DNA of 60,092 nucleotides from Verrucomicrobia bacterium UBA1629 (GCA_002321305.1 DCMF01000013.1:1-60092); one strand, 5' to 3'; shown: positions 44,641 through 53,379, numbered from the stretch's first letter. The notes: generated from the letters alone by a model not told the origin. Made by a program: numbers and translations.

Positions 44641-45345
44641 ATGAATGATTGCAAGAGACAGGGAAACGAGAGAATGTGTGCGGAAAACCATGATTCGCCG
44701 ATTCGATCATTCGACAACTCGATTATTTCCCGCATTTCCCGACCTGGCTTTACCCTCATCGAGATGCTGGTGGTTCTCGGCATCCTCGCGGTGCTGATCG
44801 GCGCCAGCCTGGCGGCGTTCACGTCATCGACGAAAAAGGCCCAGAAGGCGAAGGGCCAGGAGCTCGTGCACAACGTGGCCACCGCCCTTGAGAAGATCTA
44901 TCAGGAGGAAGGGTCGTGGCCTCGCCGGATTCTCACCGGCAGCAACAACGAAAACGGCATTGACGAGAAGATCGCCTATACGATTGCCAAGCACAACGGC
45001 CTCTCGCTTTCGTATGACGATACCAAGAAGGAGACGACGGCCCTCGACCAGTGCGGCGTCGTCTCGCCCTGGGCGCAGGACGTGATTCGCCGCAAGAAGG
45101 GACAGGGCGTGAGCGAGGGAACGAAGGTCCCGTCCGGCGGCACGATCAAGACGCATCGCTTGCGCTACGCCGTCGATACGGACGGGCGCGGCTTCGTGAC
45201 GGCGAACGTCGAGGGCGAGTCCGTCACGATTCGCGGGTCGGTCGCGGTCTGGTGCGCCGGCTACGACGGCAAGTTCGAGAAGTACAAGGACGGCCTCCGC
45301 AAGGACGACATCTACAGCTGGGGCCGGGAACAGGTCAAGGAATAG
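44641..45345 (+). CDS. prepilin-type N-terminal cleavage/methylation domain protein with a long leader
   Basis: SD gaaggagg upstream of ATG 44641. The RPG-FTLIEMLVVLGILAVLIG motif starts only at residue 36. The leader contains a repeat-encoded SPIRSFDNSIIS. C-terminal WCAGYDGKF. Confidence 0.75.
   Translation: MNDCKRQGNERMCAENHDSPIRSFDNSIISRISRPGFTLIEMLVVLGILAVLIGASLAAFTSSTKKAQKAKGQELVHNVATALEKIYQEEGSWPRRILTGSNNENGIDEKIAYTIAKHNGLSLSYDDTKKETTALDQCGVVSPWAQDVIRRKKGQGVSEGTKVPSGGTIKTHRLRYAVDTDGRGFVTANVEGESVTIRGSVAVWCAGYDGKFEKYKDGLRKDDIYSWGREQVKE
44691..44733 (-). repeat. CATTCG array (right arm, inverse of 44536..44622) inside the pseudopilin leader codons
   Basis: tgattcgccgattcgatcattcgacaactcgattatttcccgc. 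Pairs 44700..44713 with 44607..44620 and 44719..44732 with 44537..44550 (imperfect). Confidence 0.85.
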
Positions 45346-45358
45346 TCAAGGAGACGAA

Positions 45359-45991
45359 ATGATGAAGAAGGGTTTTACGATTGTCGAGCTTCTGGTCGTC
45401 GTGGCCATCATCGGCATCCTGCTGGGCATCGTCTCGACGGCGACGGTCGGCTCCATCCGCAACGGCCGCGCCAAGCGCGCGTCCGCAATGGCCAGCGTTC
45501 TCAGCCAGGCGATCTCGTCCTACTATGCGCAGAAGGGCGAATGGCCGTCGGCGATCGAGGCCCATGCGCAGAACATGGGCGAGAAGGAGACGGTCACGCT
45601 GACGGCCAGCGAAGCCGACAGCGTGTTCCGCGAGATCGTCAAGAAGTCGGTCGGCTCCGGCGCGACGATGCAGCTCGTGGACGCGCAGGCGCTGTTCGTC
45701 GCGGAGGCGAGCAAGGTGAAGAACAACAACGAGGGCTGCTACGACAACCACGACGACAAGACGTATGACTCCTACTGCGGCGACAAGCACTGCATCAACG
45801 GGCAGGACTTCGCGTCGGCGACGCGGGCGGGGGCGAAGAACCGCCTCTCGGTCAACGACATGGCGTTCGGCTATCAGGGCACGCGGGCCGGCAAGTTCTG
45901 CCGGTTCTGGATCACCTACAACGGACGCACCGATTCCGTGAGCGTGTCGCGGCAGAATCCGGGCAAGCAGTATCCCGAAGACTGGGAATGA
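45359..45991 (+). CDS. prepilin-type N-terminal cleavage/methylation domain protein
   Basis: MMKKG-FTIVELLVVVAIIGILLG, with SD aaggag upstream. Confidence 0.8.
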   Translation: MMKKGFTIVELLVVVAIIGILLGIVSTATVGSIRNGRAKRASAMASVLSQAISSYYAQKGEWPSAIEAHAQNMGEKETVTLTASEADSVFREIVKKSVGSGATMQLVDAQALFVAEASKVKNNNEGCYDNHDDKTYDSYCGDKHCINGQDFASATRAGAKNRLSVNDMAFGYQGTRAGKFCRFWITYNGRTDSVSVSRQNPGKQYPEDWE

Positions 45992-45994
45992 GCG

Positions 45995-46906
45995 ATGAGA
46001 AAAGCCTTCACACTGATGGAGCTGATGGTCGTCGTGGGGATCATGTCGTTCCTCGGCGTCGCGGCGGTCGGCGGCTATAACGCGCTGCAGCGCGGCATGT
46101 CGGAGCGCGGCGCGACGGCGGTCGTGACGTCCCTTCTCCAGGCGGCAAAGGAACGGGCGATGATCGACCGCTCGCCGACCGTGGTCTATTGCTACAACCG
46201 GCTCGTGCGCGCGGCGACGGACGACGAGAACGCCATCGTCGTCGGCGAGGCGGTCGCGGTGCGCCGCGCGGGGCGCGTGACGTGGGCGCAGGGCGACCTC
46301 ATCGCCGACGAGTTCGCCGACCTCGCCAACAGCTACGACGTGGTGACGGACGAGAACGAGGCCAAGGAGGGCAAGGGCATGAAGCTCTGGCGCTTTGACG
46401 ACAACCAGATCAGCGACATGCGGTATTCGGTCGTCGCCGATGCAGTCATGATGCTTGACGTCAACGGCACGACGTATCGCGGGTGGGCCAACAATGCGGA
46501 CGAGTCGAGCCAGACGGCTTCCGGCCAGACCATCTCAGGCCCGGAGGATATGCAGGACTTCAAGTTCGCGCGATCCGCGTCCGGGGAGGGCGAGCTGAAC
46601 ATTCGGGCCTATGCGTTCGTCAACAAGGGCACGAGCGCGCATGAACCGTCTTCGTGGACGGTCGGCGACGGCTACGGCTTCGAGTTCGCGAACGTCTCGC
46701 TGCCGAACGACTTCACGTTCGGCGGCGGGAACGTGCCGAGCCAAGTCGGCGACGTCAGCTTCGTCAAGGCGCTTTATTTCGATCCGGATTCGCCGAACAG
46801 CGACGAAGCGATCGACGTGTATTTCTGCCGCCCGGATTCCGGTGGCAACCCCAAGCCTGACCACAAGGCCGGCACGGCGACGAGCAAGGAGGATGCGACG
46901 ATATGA
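45995..46906 (+). CDS. prepilin-type N-terminal cleavage/methylation domain protein
   Basis: MRKA-FTLMELMVVVGIMSFLG. Confidence 0.75.
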   Translation: MRKAFTLMELMVVVGIMSFLGVAAVGGYNALQRGMSERGATAVVTSLLQAAKERAMIDRSPTVVYCYNRLVRAATDDENAIVVGEAVAVRRAGRVTWAQGDLIADEFADLANSYDVVTDENEAKEGKGMKLWRFDDNQISDMRYSVVADAVMMLDVNGTTYRGWANNADESSQTASGQTISGPEDMQDFKFARSASGEGELNIRAYAFVNKGTSAHEPSSWTVGDGYGFEFANVSLPNDFTFGGGNVPSQVGDVSFVKALYFDPDSPNSDEAIDVYFCRPDSGGNPKPDHKAGTATSKEDATI

Positions 46907-47493
46907 CGGCTGTGAGAAAGGGCTTTACGCTCATCGAGGTCAACCTCGCCATCTTCATCATGGCGACGGGTGTCCTCGCGATGGTGTCCCTCTATTCGCT
47001 TGGCATGCGCGAAAGCCGCCAGTCGACGGAGGACGTGGCCGTCGCCGGCTATGCGGATGCGGTCTTCGCGCCGCTTGTCGCGAAGCTGTCGGCGACCAAC
47101 CTGACGTGGCAGGGCTGGACGTCGATCGGCAGCGAACCGCAGGGCGAAGGTTCCAAGGTCTGCGACGGCATCACGCAAAGCGGCAAGGGCTGGGCGGATT
47201 ACGTCCAGAAGGTCGGTTCCGACGCCTCCGGGCTTTACCGTGTCGATTCCGGCTGCACGGCGAAGGCCAAGCAGGCGTTTCAGGAAATTGCCGGGGCCCA
47301 GATGGACGGCAGCCCGAGCCTGTCGATCACGTGGCCGTCGGCCTTGCCGAGCGAGTATTTCTACGGACTGGTGGCGACGCGCAAGGGGGCGACCATTTCG
47401 CTCGCGTTCCGGGCTTCGCGTCGGCGGGACGCCCTGATGAGCCAGCCCGTCTACTACACGGAGGTCCGCTATCAGGGGAGGGATGACAAGTGA
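46903..47493 (+). CDS. pseudopilin-like protein (GspI/J-like N-terminus)
   Basis: MTAVRKG-FTLIEVNLAIFIMATGVLAMV. ATGA overlap with the upstream stop. Confidence 0.7.
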   Translation: MTAVRKGFTLIEVNLAIFIMATGVLAMVSLYSLGMRESRQSTEDVAVAGYADAVFAPLVAKLSATNLTWQGWTSIGSEPQGEGSKVCDGITQSGKGWADYVQKVGSDASGLYRVDSGCTAKAKQAFQEIAGAQMDGSPSLSITWPSALPSEYFYGLVATRKGATISLAFRASRRRDALMSQPVYYTEVRYQGRDDK

Positions 47494-48002
47494 AACGCGG
47501 CTTTACCATACTTGAGCTTCTCGTGGCGTCGCTGCTCCTGTCAATGCTCGTGACGATCCTGACGATGCTCTTCAACCAGTCGTCCGTCGCCTGGACGTCG
47601 GGGCTGGCGAGCGTCTCGGACCTGAGCGAGGAGCGGATGTCGCTCGGCACCTACCATGACGTGGAGGACGACCTTCTGCCCGGCATCACCCAGAAGAACG
47701 CGCACGGCGGCAGTTCGGACAACCGCGATCTTCAGTACCGCACGGTCTCGATCTGGCAGAAAGGCTCGGTCAACACGCTGCGCCAGAACAAGCGCGCGTT
47801 CGACACCGTGAACTGGGGTCAGGCGTCCACGAAGGTGACGGACATCAAGAGCGCGATGAACGGCACGGCGCAGACATCGGGGGCGAGCGCGCGCCATCCG
47901 AACCGCGAAGGCGGGGTCGTGGTCGGCGTGTGGAGCGCCGGCCCGGACCGGAAGTGGGGCACGTCGGATGACGTCAACACGTTCCCGGAGGAGGTGAACT
48001 GA
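47490..48002 (+). CDS. pseudopilin-like protein
   Basis: GTG start (GTGA overlap). KRG-FTILELLVASLLLSML. C-terminal VWSAGPDRKWGTSDD. Confidence 0.7.
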   Translation: MKRGFTILELLVASLLLSMLVTILTMLFNQSSVAWTSGLASVSDLSEERMSLGTYHDVEDDLLPGITQKNAHGGSSDNRDLQYRTVSIWQKGSVNTLRQNKRAFDTVNWGQASTKVTDIKSAMNGTAQTSGASARHPNREGGVVVGVWSAGPDRKWGTSDDVNTFPEEVN

Positions 48003-48460
48003 TGAGGCGGGCGTTTACCCTGTTGGAGCTTCTTGTCGTGATCGCGATGATCGCGGTTCTCGTCGGTGCGGTTGGGTCGAGCATGGGCCAGGCGCGGCGG
48101 CGCGCGAAGATCGCCAAGGCGACGCAGGACGCGAAGGAGATCACGAACGCGATTCTCGGCTTCCGCAACTATGCCAAGAACCGTTCGCTGGTGGACTATG
48201 ACACCGGCGGCTGGAAAGACGCGACCGAGGGCAACCTCGGCCTGATTCTCGGCAACGAGAAGTCCGAAAGCGGCGATGACGTGCCAGTCCTCTACAATGC
48301 CCAGCTGCGCGGCGGAAAGGTCGTCGATCCGTGGGGACAGACGTACAGGTTTTGCATCCGCAAGTTGAATGGCGAGAGCGAGACGTCGGGATCGACCACG
48401 TTCACGCGCGCCCCCAACCTGCCCAACTTCTACCGGCTGACGGACGAGGAGCGTCAATGA
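48002..48460 (+). CDS. GspG-like major pseudopilin
   Basis: MRRA-FTLLELLVVIAMIAVLVG, AKATQDAKEI, and VVDPWGQTYRF. Confidence 0.8.
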   Translation: MRRAFTLLELLVVIAMIAVLVGAVGSSMGQARRRAKIAKATQDAKEITNAILGFRNYAKNRSLVDYDTGGWKDATEGNLGLILGNEKSESGDDVPVLYNAQLRGGKVVDPWGQTYRFCIRKLNGESETSGSTTFTRAPNLPNFYRLTDEERQ

Positions 48461-51400
48461 GAAAAGGTTCTGCACTGCTGATCGTGCTTGGTCTTCTGTC
48501 GTTCATGGTGGTTTCCGCCGTGAGTTTCTCGATTTACATGCGCCAGAGCCGACTGCCGTCGAGCTACCTTCGGCGCAACATCGCGGCGCGCTATCTCGTG
48601 CGCGCCGCGCTCGCGCGGGCGATCGACGAGCTGGACGGGGCCTACAACGACGACGAGAACTGGGGCAAGTACGAGATGTCCGAGACGGATGTCCGCAAGG
48701 GCTTCTACGGCATCTACGACGATCCGTATCCGGGCTGTGGCTACAAGCGCGACCCCCAAGCCAACACGGACGGCGACTTCTGGTTCCGCCGCGTGTTCAT
48801 GCCGTTCGGCCCGACGAAGTATGCCGAGGCGACGGTGCCGACGCTGACGCTGGAGGCGCTCGCCTACCTGCCGCCCGCGCTCATCGACGACGTCCGCAAG
48901 TTCTCCCGCTACACGCGCACGGCGGCCTGGCGTTCGCTGCCCTACGAGGCGGGGCGCTATGCCTACACGGCGGTCAACGTCTCCGACCTCTTCGACGTGA
49001 ACCGCCTGCGCGCGGACGCTCCGCGCGACTCCGGCCCAAACCGCATCACGCTTGCGCCGCTCTGTTCGCAGACGGCGGGCGACCCGTTCGACATCAACAC
49101 GGACATGGCGACGACGCTCGACACGCTTCAGCAGAAGTGGTCGTCAAGCGGCTACGACACGCCGTTCGTGTCGCTGGCCGACTTCAACCTGCTCGCGGGA
49201 ACGTCGGGCTTCACGCCGTTCATGAACTACATCGGCAAGACCTCGACGAAGCTGCTGAAGAACGGCGATGCCAACGCCGCGAACGCGCTGTTCATCACGG
49301 ACACGTGGTTTCCGGCCGCGACGTCTGTCGCATCCACGTCAGGCTCGTCAGGTTCGTCCGGCTCGTCGTCGGCGTCCGTCACCTACGACCTCGCCGGCGC
49401 GCACCAGCCGTTCATGAACTTCGACGCGAAGGATTGGCCGTCGGTTCTGGCGAGCCGCAATTCGCAGGATAGCGTCAGCGACATCTTCGAGAAGAACCTG
49501 GGCCTGGGTCAGGTCGCGCTTTACGACTACCTTGACAGCGACCAGCAGCCGACCTCGCTCGCCCTGCCGACGGTGGAGGCCGTGCCGATGGTCACGGGCG
49601 TCAGCTGTCCGGCCATGCTCCAACCCGAAATCGAATCGCGCCCAGAGGGCGAGGTCGTGTTTGAGGTGGAGAAGAAACCGTCCGAAATCGATCCGAGCAA
49701 CCCGGAGGACAAGACGTGGAAGATCAAGCGCTCCTGGTCGAAGCTGACGTTTACGGGCTTTGGCAACCGTGTGCTGACGCAGGTGCTGATGACGTATCCC
49801 TTCAAGCGCATGGAGACGACGGGCCGCATCGGCTCGAATTTCAAGTTGCGCGGTGTCTTGCGCGTCTTCGCCGCGCCGGCGAACATGGGCTGCCGTCCGC
49901 TTGACAGCAACGGCAACCTCTACCCGTCCCAGCAGGCTCCGAACGCCTGGCAGGGCAAGAGCGCCCGGAATGGCGTGGCCTCGTTCTTCAGCGAAGAGGC
50001 GTCATTGGACGCCCTCAACAAGGATGTCACGAAGACGGACGACGCAATTGACGATTCCGTCAGCCTGAAGTTCAACTGCAGGGACATTGACATGCCGATC
50101 ATGTATGTCGTGACGGAGACTTGTGAGAACGGCAGCGGGCCGACGGCGGACGGTTTCGTGAACAACAAGAAGTTTCTTTCTCTCGATGGTCTAGGTTTGA
50201 GCGATTCGACGTTCCGTCCGCTGACGGCCGACGGCGAGGTTGATGCCTCCTGGGAGAACTTGAGAAAAGCCGCCCAGGCCGCCCACAAGTTCGAGGAGAA
50301 ACAGCTGAACGTCGTCACGGATTCATTTGCAGGTTTCACGGGCACGTATAAGCTCTATGCGGCTGTTTGGCTGCAGGTCATGGATGGAAATGGGAACGTC
50401 GTGGACATGGCGCCGGCTTCGTACAAGGACGACATGGAGTTTCTGAATGCAAGCGGATCGGTGCCGCAGGGCGTCATGGCGCGCAAGTGCGGCGACGGGA
50501 CGCCGCTGCTCAGCTTCTGCGCCGACTACGCCGTCACTTTCACGGAGAAGATTGCCGACGACTTGAAGGACTCGGCGTCTTACGGCCAGTGGAAGACGCT
50601 GTACGCAGTCGATCCTCGCTACAACTTCGCGCCGGAGGACTGGTTCGCGAAGAACGGCAATACGGCGGTGTCGAAGAGCGAATGGACGGGGGAGATTCTC
50701 CCGCTGCTCGGGCAGGACGGGCGTGACCGCGACATCTTCATGTTCGTCTCCGACCAGGAGTATCTGCAGTCGATCGGCGAGCTCCAGTTCCTGCCGGTCA
50801 TGGGCCTGATGAACGGGAACGAAAACTTTTTGAGCGGCGACTATTCGCCGGATTTCAACGGAAGCAGCTTTGCGAGCAGGACGAGCGCGAGCGGCGGCAG
50901 CTTTGCCAACGGTGGCCGCTTCTGGCGCACGTACACGGCCTATGACAACGGGGACGGCACGGATCCGATCTACGCCCTGCCATATGGCGGGAATGAGATT
51001 CGCTTCCAGGCGGGCGTCGGCGACTTCAAGGTGAACCCGTATTCGGATGACGATCGCGTCCTTTCCGCCGCGCTTGTGGGAACGCCGTTCGACTACTACG
51101 TGGCCTCGACGAACAACAACCAGCGGCAGGTCGGCGGAAAGAAAAACACGTTCATCGACACCTTGGACTTGGACAAGAGCCTCAGCCAGTGCTCGTTCGG
51201 CGAGGCGCCGCTCGCGAAAATGTCGGCGGACGACCTCCTGTCGATCATGGACAATTTCCGATCCGTCTTTGGCGAGCGGGCGAAGAGTTCGGACGCCGCC
51301 GTCGTCGCCGACTGGATGGGCGGCTTCGACAAGATGGAATGGCAGCGGCTGGAAACGACCCAGAGGAACGATGACAACAAGGCGTTCATGGGCATCGATA

Positions 51401-51759
51401 AACTTGCGGAGGCGGATTCGAGTCCGCTCCATCAGGTTGACCGCAAGTTCCTCTACTCGTTCTGGCGCGAATGCTTCGAGAACCGCCAGCAGCTTTTCCT
51501 CGTGTTCGTGCGCGCCGAGCCGATGTCGACGTCGGGCGGCAGCGTCGGCAAGGCCATGCCGTCCTCGCAGCTGGGCGGGCGGGCCGTGGCGCTGGTCTGG
51601 CGCGATCCTGCGGTGCCGAGCTATCAGTCGGGTGAGCGCAAGACGCGGCAGGCTCTCGCGGACAGTACGGGCGACTCGGTTCGCTCGGACATCAAGGACG
51701 TCAGGGAAGACTGCCCGCCCCATTGTACGCGTGTGCTGTTCTATCATCAGTTTGAGTGA
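48457..51759 (+). CDS. giant GspK-like minor pseudopilin/tip protein (1100 aa)
   Basis: Internal ATG 48457 (ATGA overlap). N-terminus MRKGSALLIVLGLLSFMVVSAVSF resembles GspK (GSALL.VL). The rest has no recognisable motif. Confidence 0.55.
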   Translation: MRKGSALLIVLGLLSFMVVSAVSFSIYMRQSRLPSSYLRRNIAARYLVRAALARAIDELDGAYNDDENWGKYEMSETDVRKGFYGIYDDPYPGCGYKRDPQANTDGDFWFRRVFMPFGPTKYAEATVPTLTLEALAYLPPALIDDVRKFSRYTRTAAWRSLPYEAGRYAYTAVNVSDLFDVNRLRADAPRDSGPNRITLAPLCSQTAGDPFDINTDMATTLDTLQQKWSSSGYDTPFVSLADFNLLAGTSGFTPFMNYIGKTSTKLLKNGDANAANALFITDTWFPAATSVASTSGSSGSSGSSSASVTYDLAGAHQPFMNFDAKDWPSVLASRNSQDSVSDIFEKNLGLGQVALYDYLDSDQQPTSLALPTVEAVPMVTGVSCPAMLQPEIESRPEGEVVFEVEKKPSEIDPSNPEDKTWKIKRSWSKLTFTGFGNRVLTQVLMTYPFKRMETTGRIGSNFKLRGVLRVFAAPANMGCRPLDSNGNLYPSQQAPNAWQGKSARNGVASFFSEEASLDALNKDVTKTDDAIDDSVSLKFNCRDIDMPIMYVVTETCENGSGPTADGFVNNKKFLSLDGLGLSDSTFRPLTADGEVDASWENLRKAAQAAHKFEEKQLNVVTDSFAGFTGTYKLYAAVWLQVMDGNGNVVDMAPASYKDDMEFLNASGSVPQGVMARKCGDGTPLLSFCADYAVTFTEKIADDLKDSASYGQWKTLYAVDPRYNFAPEDWFAKNGNTAVSKSEWTGEILPLLGQDGRDRDIFMFVSDQEYLQSIGELQFLPVMGLMNGNENFLSGDYSPDFNGSSFASRTSASGGSFANGGRFWRTYTAYDNGDGTDPIYALPYGGNEIRFQAGVGDFKVNPYSDDDRVLSAALVGTPFDYYVASTNNNQRQVGGKKNTFIDTLDLDKSLSQCSFGEAPLAKMSADDLLSIMDNFRSVFGERAKSSDAAVVADWMGGFDKMEWQRLETTQRNDDNKAFMGIDKLAEADSSPLHQVDRKFLYSFWRECFENRQQLFLVFVRAEPMSTSGGSVGKAMPSSQLGGRAVALVWRDPAVPSYQSGERKTRQALADSTGDSVRSDIKDVREDCPPHCTRVLFYHQFE

Positions 51760-51764
51760 AGAGT

Positions 51765-51899
51765 GGGAAATAATCGAATGATCGAATGAATGAATAATCG
51801 AATTGTCGAATGATCGAATGGGCGAATGGGAAATAATCGAATGGTCGAATGATCGAATGGTCGAATAATCGTTGAATGGGCGAATTGTGGAAGGATTGA
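51765..51899 (+). repeat. CGAATG octamer array (left arm of the cassette around the 4HB gene)
   Basis: gggaaataatcgaatgatcgaatgaatgaataatcgaattgtcgaatgatcgaatgggcgaatgggaaataatcgaatggtcgaatgatcgaatggtcgaataatcgttgaatgggcgaat... Confidence 0.9.
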
Positions 51900-52307
51900 A
51901 TGGGCGAGTTGAAGATGCGGAGTGTTGAGGATAAATTGGCGTTCAAAAGGAGGCTGGAGAATCGGACTTCTGATTTTGCCGTTGCCGTCTTTCGGATGTT
52001 GGACGCATTGCCGCTTGCCGTTTCATCAAAGGTTATCGCGTTTCGGCTTGGGAAGTCCGCGTCTTCTGTCGGCGCCAATTACCGTGAAGCCAATCGGGCG
52101 GAGTCACCTGACGATTTTAATCACAAAATCGGCATTGTTCTCAAGGAATGCGCCGAATCGCTGTATTGGCTTGAAATGCTCCATCGGTTGTACGCGGAAG
52201 ATTGCGTCTCGCAAGATCTCCTAAAGGAATGTGACGAACTTGTTCGAATTTTTCAAACCATCAGGCGACGTATTCATGACAAACGAAAGGCGAGTAATGA
52301 ACTCTAA
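51900..52307 (+). CDS. four-helix-bundle protein (23S rRNA intervening-sequence protein/S23p family, Avd-like)
   Basis: 135 aa. Family signature ...RLGKSASSVGANYREANRAES..F.HKIGIVLKECAESLYWLEML. Confidence 0.85.
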   Translation: MGELKMRSVEDKLAFKRRLENRTSDFAVAVFRMLDALPLAVSSKVIAFRLGKSASSVGANYREANRAESPDDFNHKIGIVLKECAESLYWLEMLHRLYAEDCVSQDLLKECDELVRIFQTIRRRIHDKRKASNEL

Positions 52308-53379
52308 TTCCATCCCCAATTCAACGATTCGATCATTCGACGACCCGATTATTTCCCCTTCGACGATTCGATCATTCGATCATTCGATTATTTCTCCCGG
52401 CTTCACCCTCATCGAGCTTCTCATCGTCATCGCCATCATCGGCGTCCTGTCCGGCGTTCTGCTCACGAGCTTCTCCGGCGGGACCGAATCGGCGCGCGCG
52501 GCGAAATGCCTCTCGAACATGCGCAACCTTGCGCAGGGCGCAATCAGCGTCGCGTCGAAGAAAGCCTGGTTCCCGTATGCCGGCAGCTACGCCGTCGTCG
52601 GCGCCAACAGCGAGGGGAAGACCGTCTATTCCGAACGTGTCGGCTGGATCAGCTGGCTGTCGAAGAACGACGAGTACGGGACGCGGACGCGCGGACGCTC
52701 GAAGCCGACGAGCTTTGTCAACTGCGACAATCCCGGCGCCTATTGCAGCCCGAGCGGACAGGACGAGGACGGCGATTTCGCGCTCTCCAACGGCGAGCTG
52801 TGGACGGCTGTCGGGCGCGAGCGCGCGGTCTACACGTGCCCGGAGCACGTCCTGCGCGCCGGCAAGAAGAACGTGCGCGTCCGGTGGAGCTACGTGATGA
52901 ACGCCGCCTTTGGCTATGACTTCACGAAGGGAAGCGATGCCGTGGGCACGAGCGACGGCAGCGAAGGCATCCACTTCAGCAGCTCGCGCCTTGACCGCCG
53001 CCTCCTGTTCGCCGAGCTGCCGATCAGCGGTGAGCCTGTGCCTTCGACCGAGATGAGCGCCAAGCAGCAGGATTCCTATTCGGTTGGCGACGGGAATCCG
53101 CTGACGGACTGCGTGCTGCAGTACAAGGCGAACGTCAACGGCAAGGGCTACAATTCCGATTGGAGCGGCGAGGCGGAATCGATCGCCTTCAACCACAAGA
53201 GCGGCAAGCGCTGGTGTGCGCACGTCGTCTTTGCCGACGGGCACACGGAGAAGCTGCTGGCGCCGCGCACGTCCGGCGGGCTTTCGGACGAGCAGCTGAC
53301 GGCTCTGCTCTGCGCGGGCGTGGACGTCGGCTTCGACGGCTCGACCTATTCGCTCATCGACAAGGGCGATGAGAATTGA
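52297..53379 (+). CDS. DUF1559-type prepilin-like protein (H-X9-DG family) with a long leader
   Basis: SPG-FTLIELLIVIAIIGVLSG, AKCLSNMRNLAQ, and C-terminal HVVFADGHTEKL. ATG 52297 gives a 35-aa leader that is encoded largely by the repeat (TIRSFDDPIIS, TIRSFDHSIIS). ATG 52231 or 52276 are also possible. Confidence 0.8.
   Translation: MNSNSIPNSTIRSFDDPIISPSTIRSFDHSIISPGFTLIELLIVIAIIGVLSGVLLTSFSGGTESARAAKCLSNMRNLAQGAISVASKKAWFPYAGSYAVVGANSEGKTVYSERVGWISWLSKNDEYGTRTRGRSKPTSFVNCDNPGAYCSPSGQDEDGDFALSNGELWTAVGRERAVYTCPEHVLRAGKKNVRVRWSYVMNAAFGYDFTKGSDAVGTSDGSEGIHFSSSRLDRRLLFAELPISGEPVPSTEMSAKQQDSYSVGDGNPLTDCVLQYKANVNGKGYNSDWSGEAESIAFNHKSGKRWCAHVVFADGHTEKLLAPRTSGGLSDEQLTALLCAGVDVGFDGSTYSLIDKGDEN
52318..52397 (-). 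repeat. CATTCG array (right arm, inverse of 51765..51899)
   Basis: 52372..52393 (tcattcgatcattcgattattt) is the exact reverse complement of 51768..51789. 52325..52358 pairs imperfectly with 51828..51860. Confidence 0.9.
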
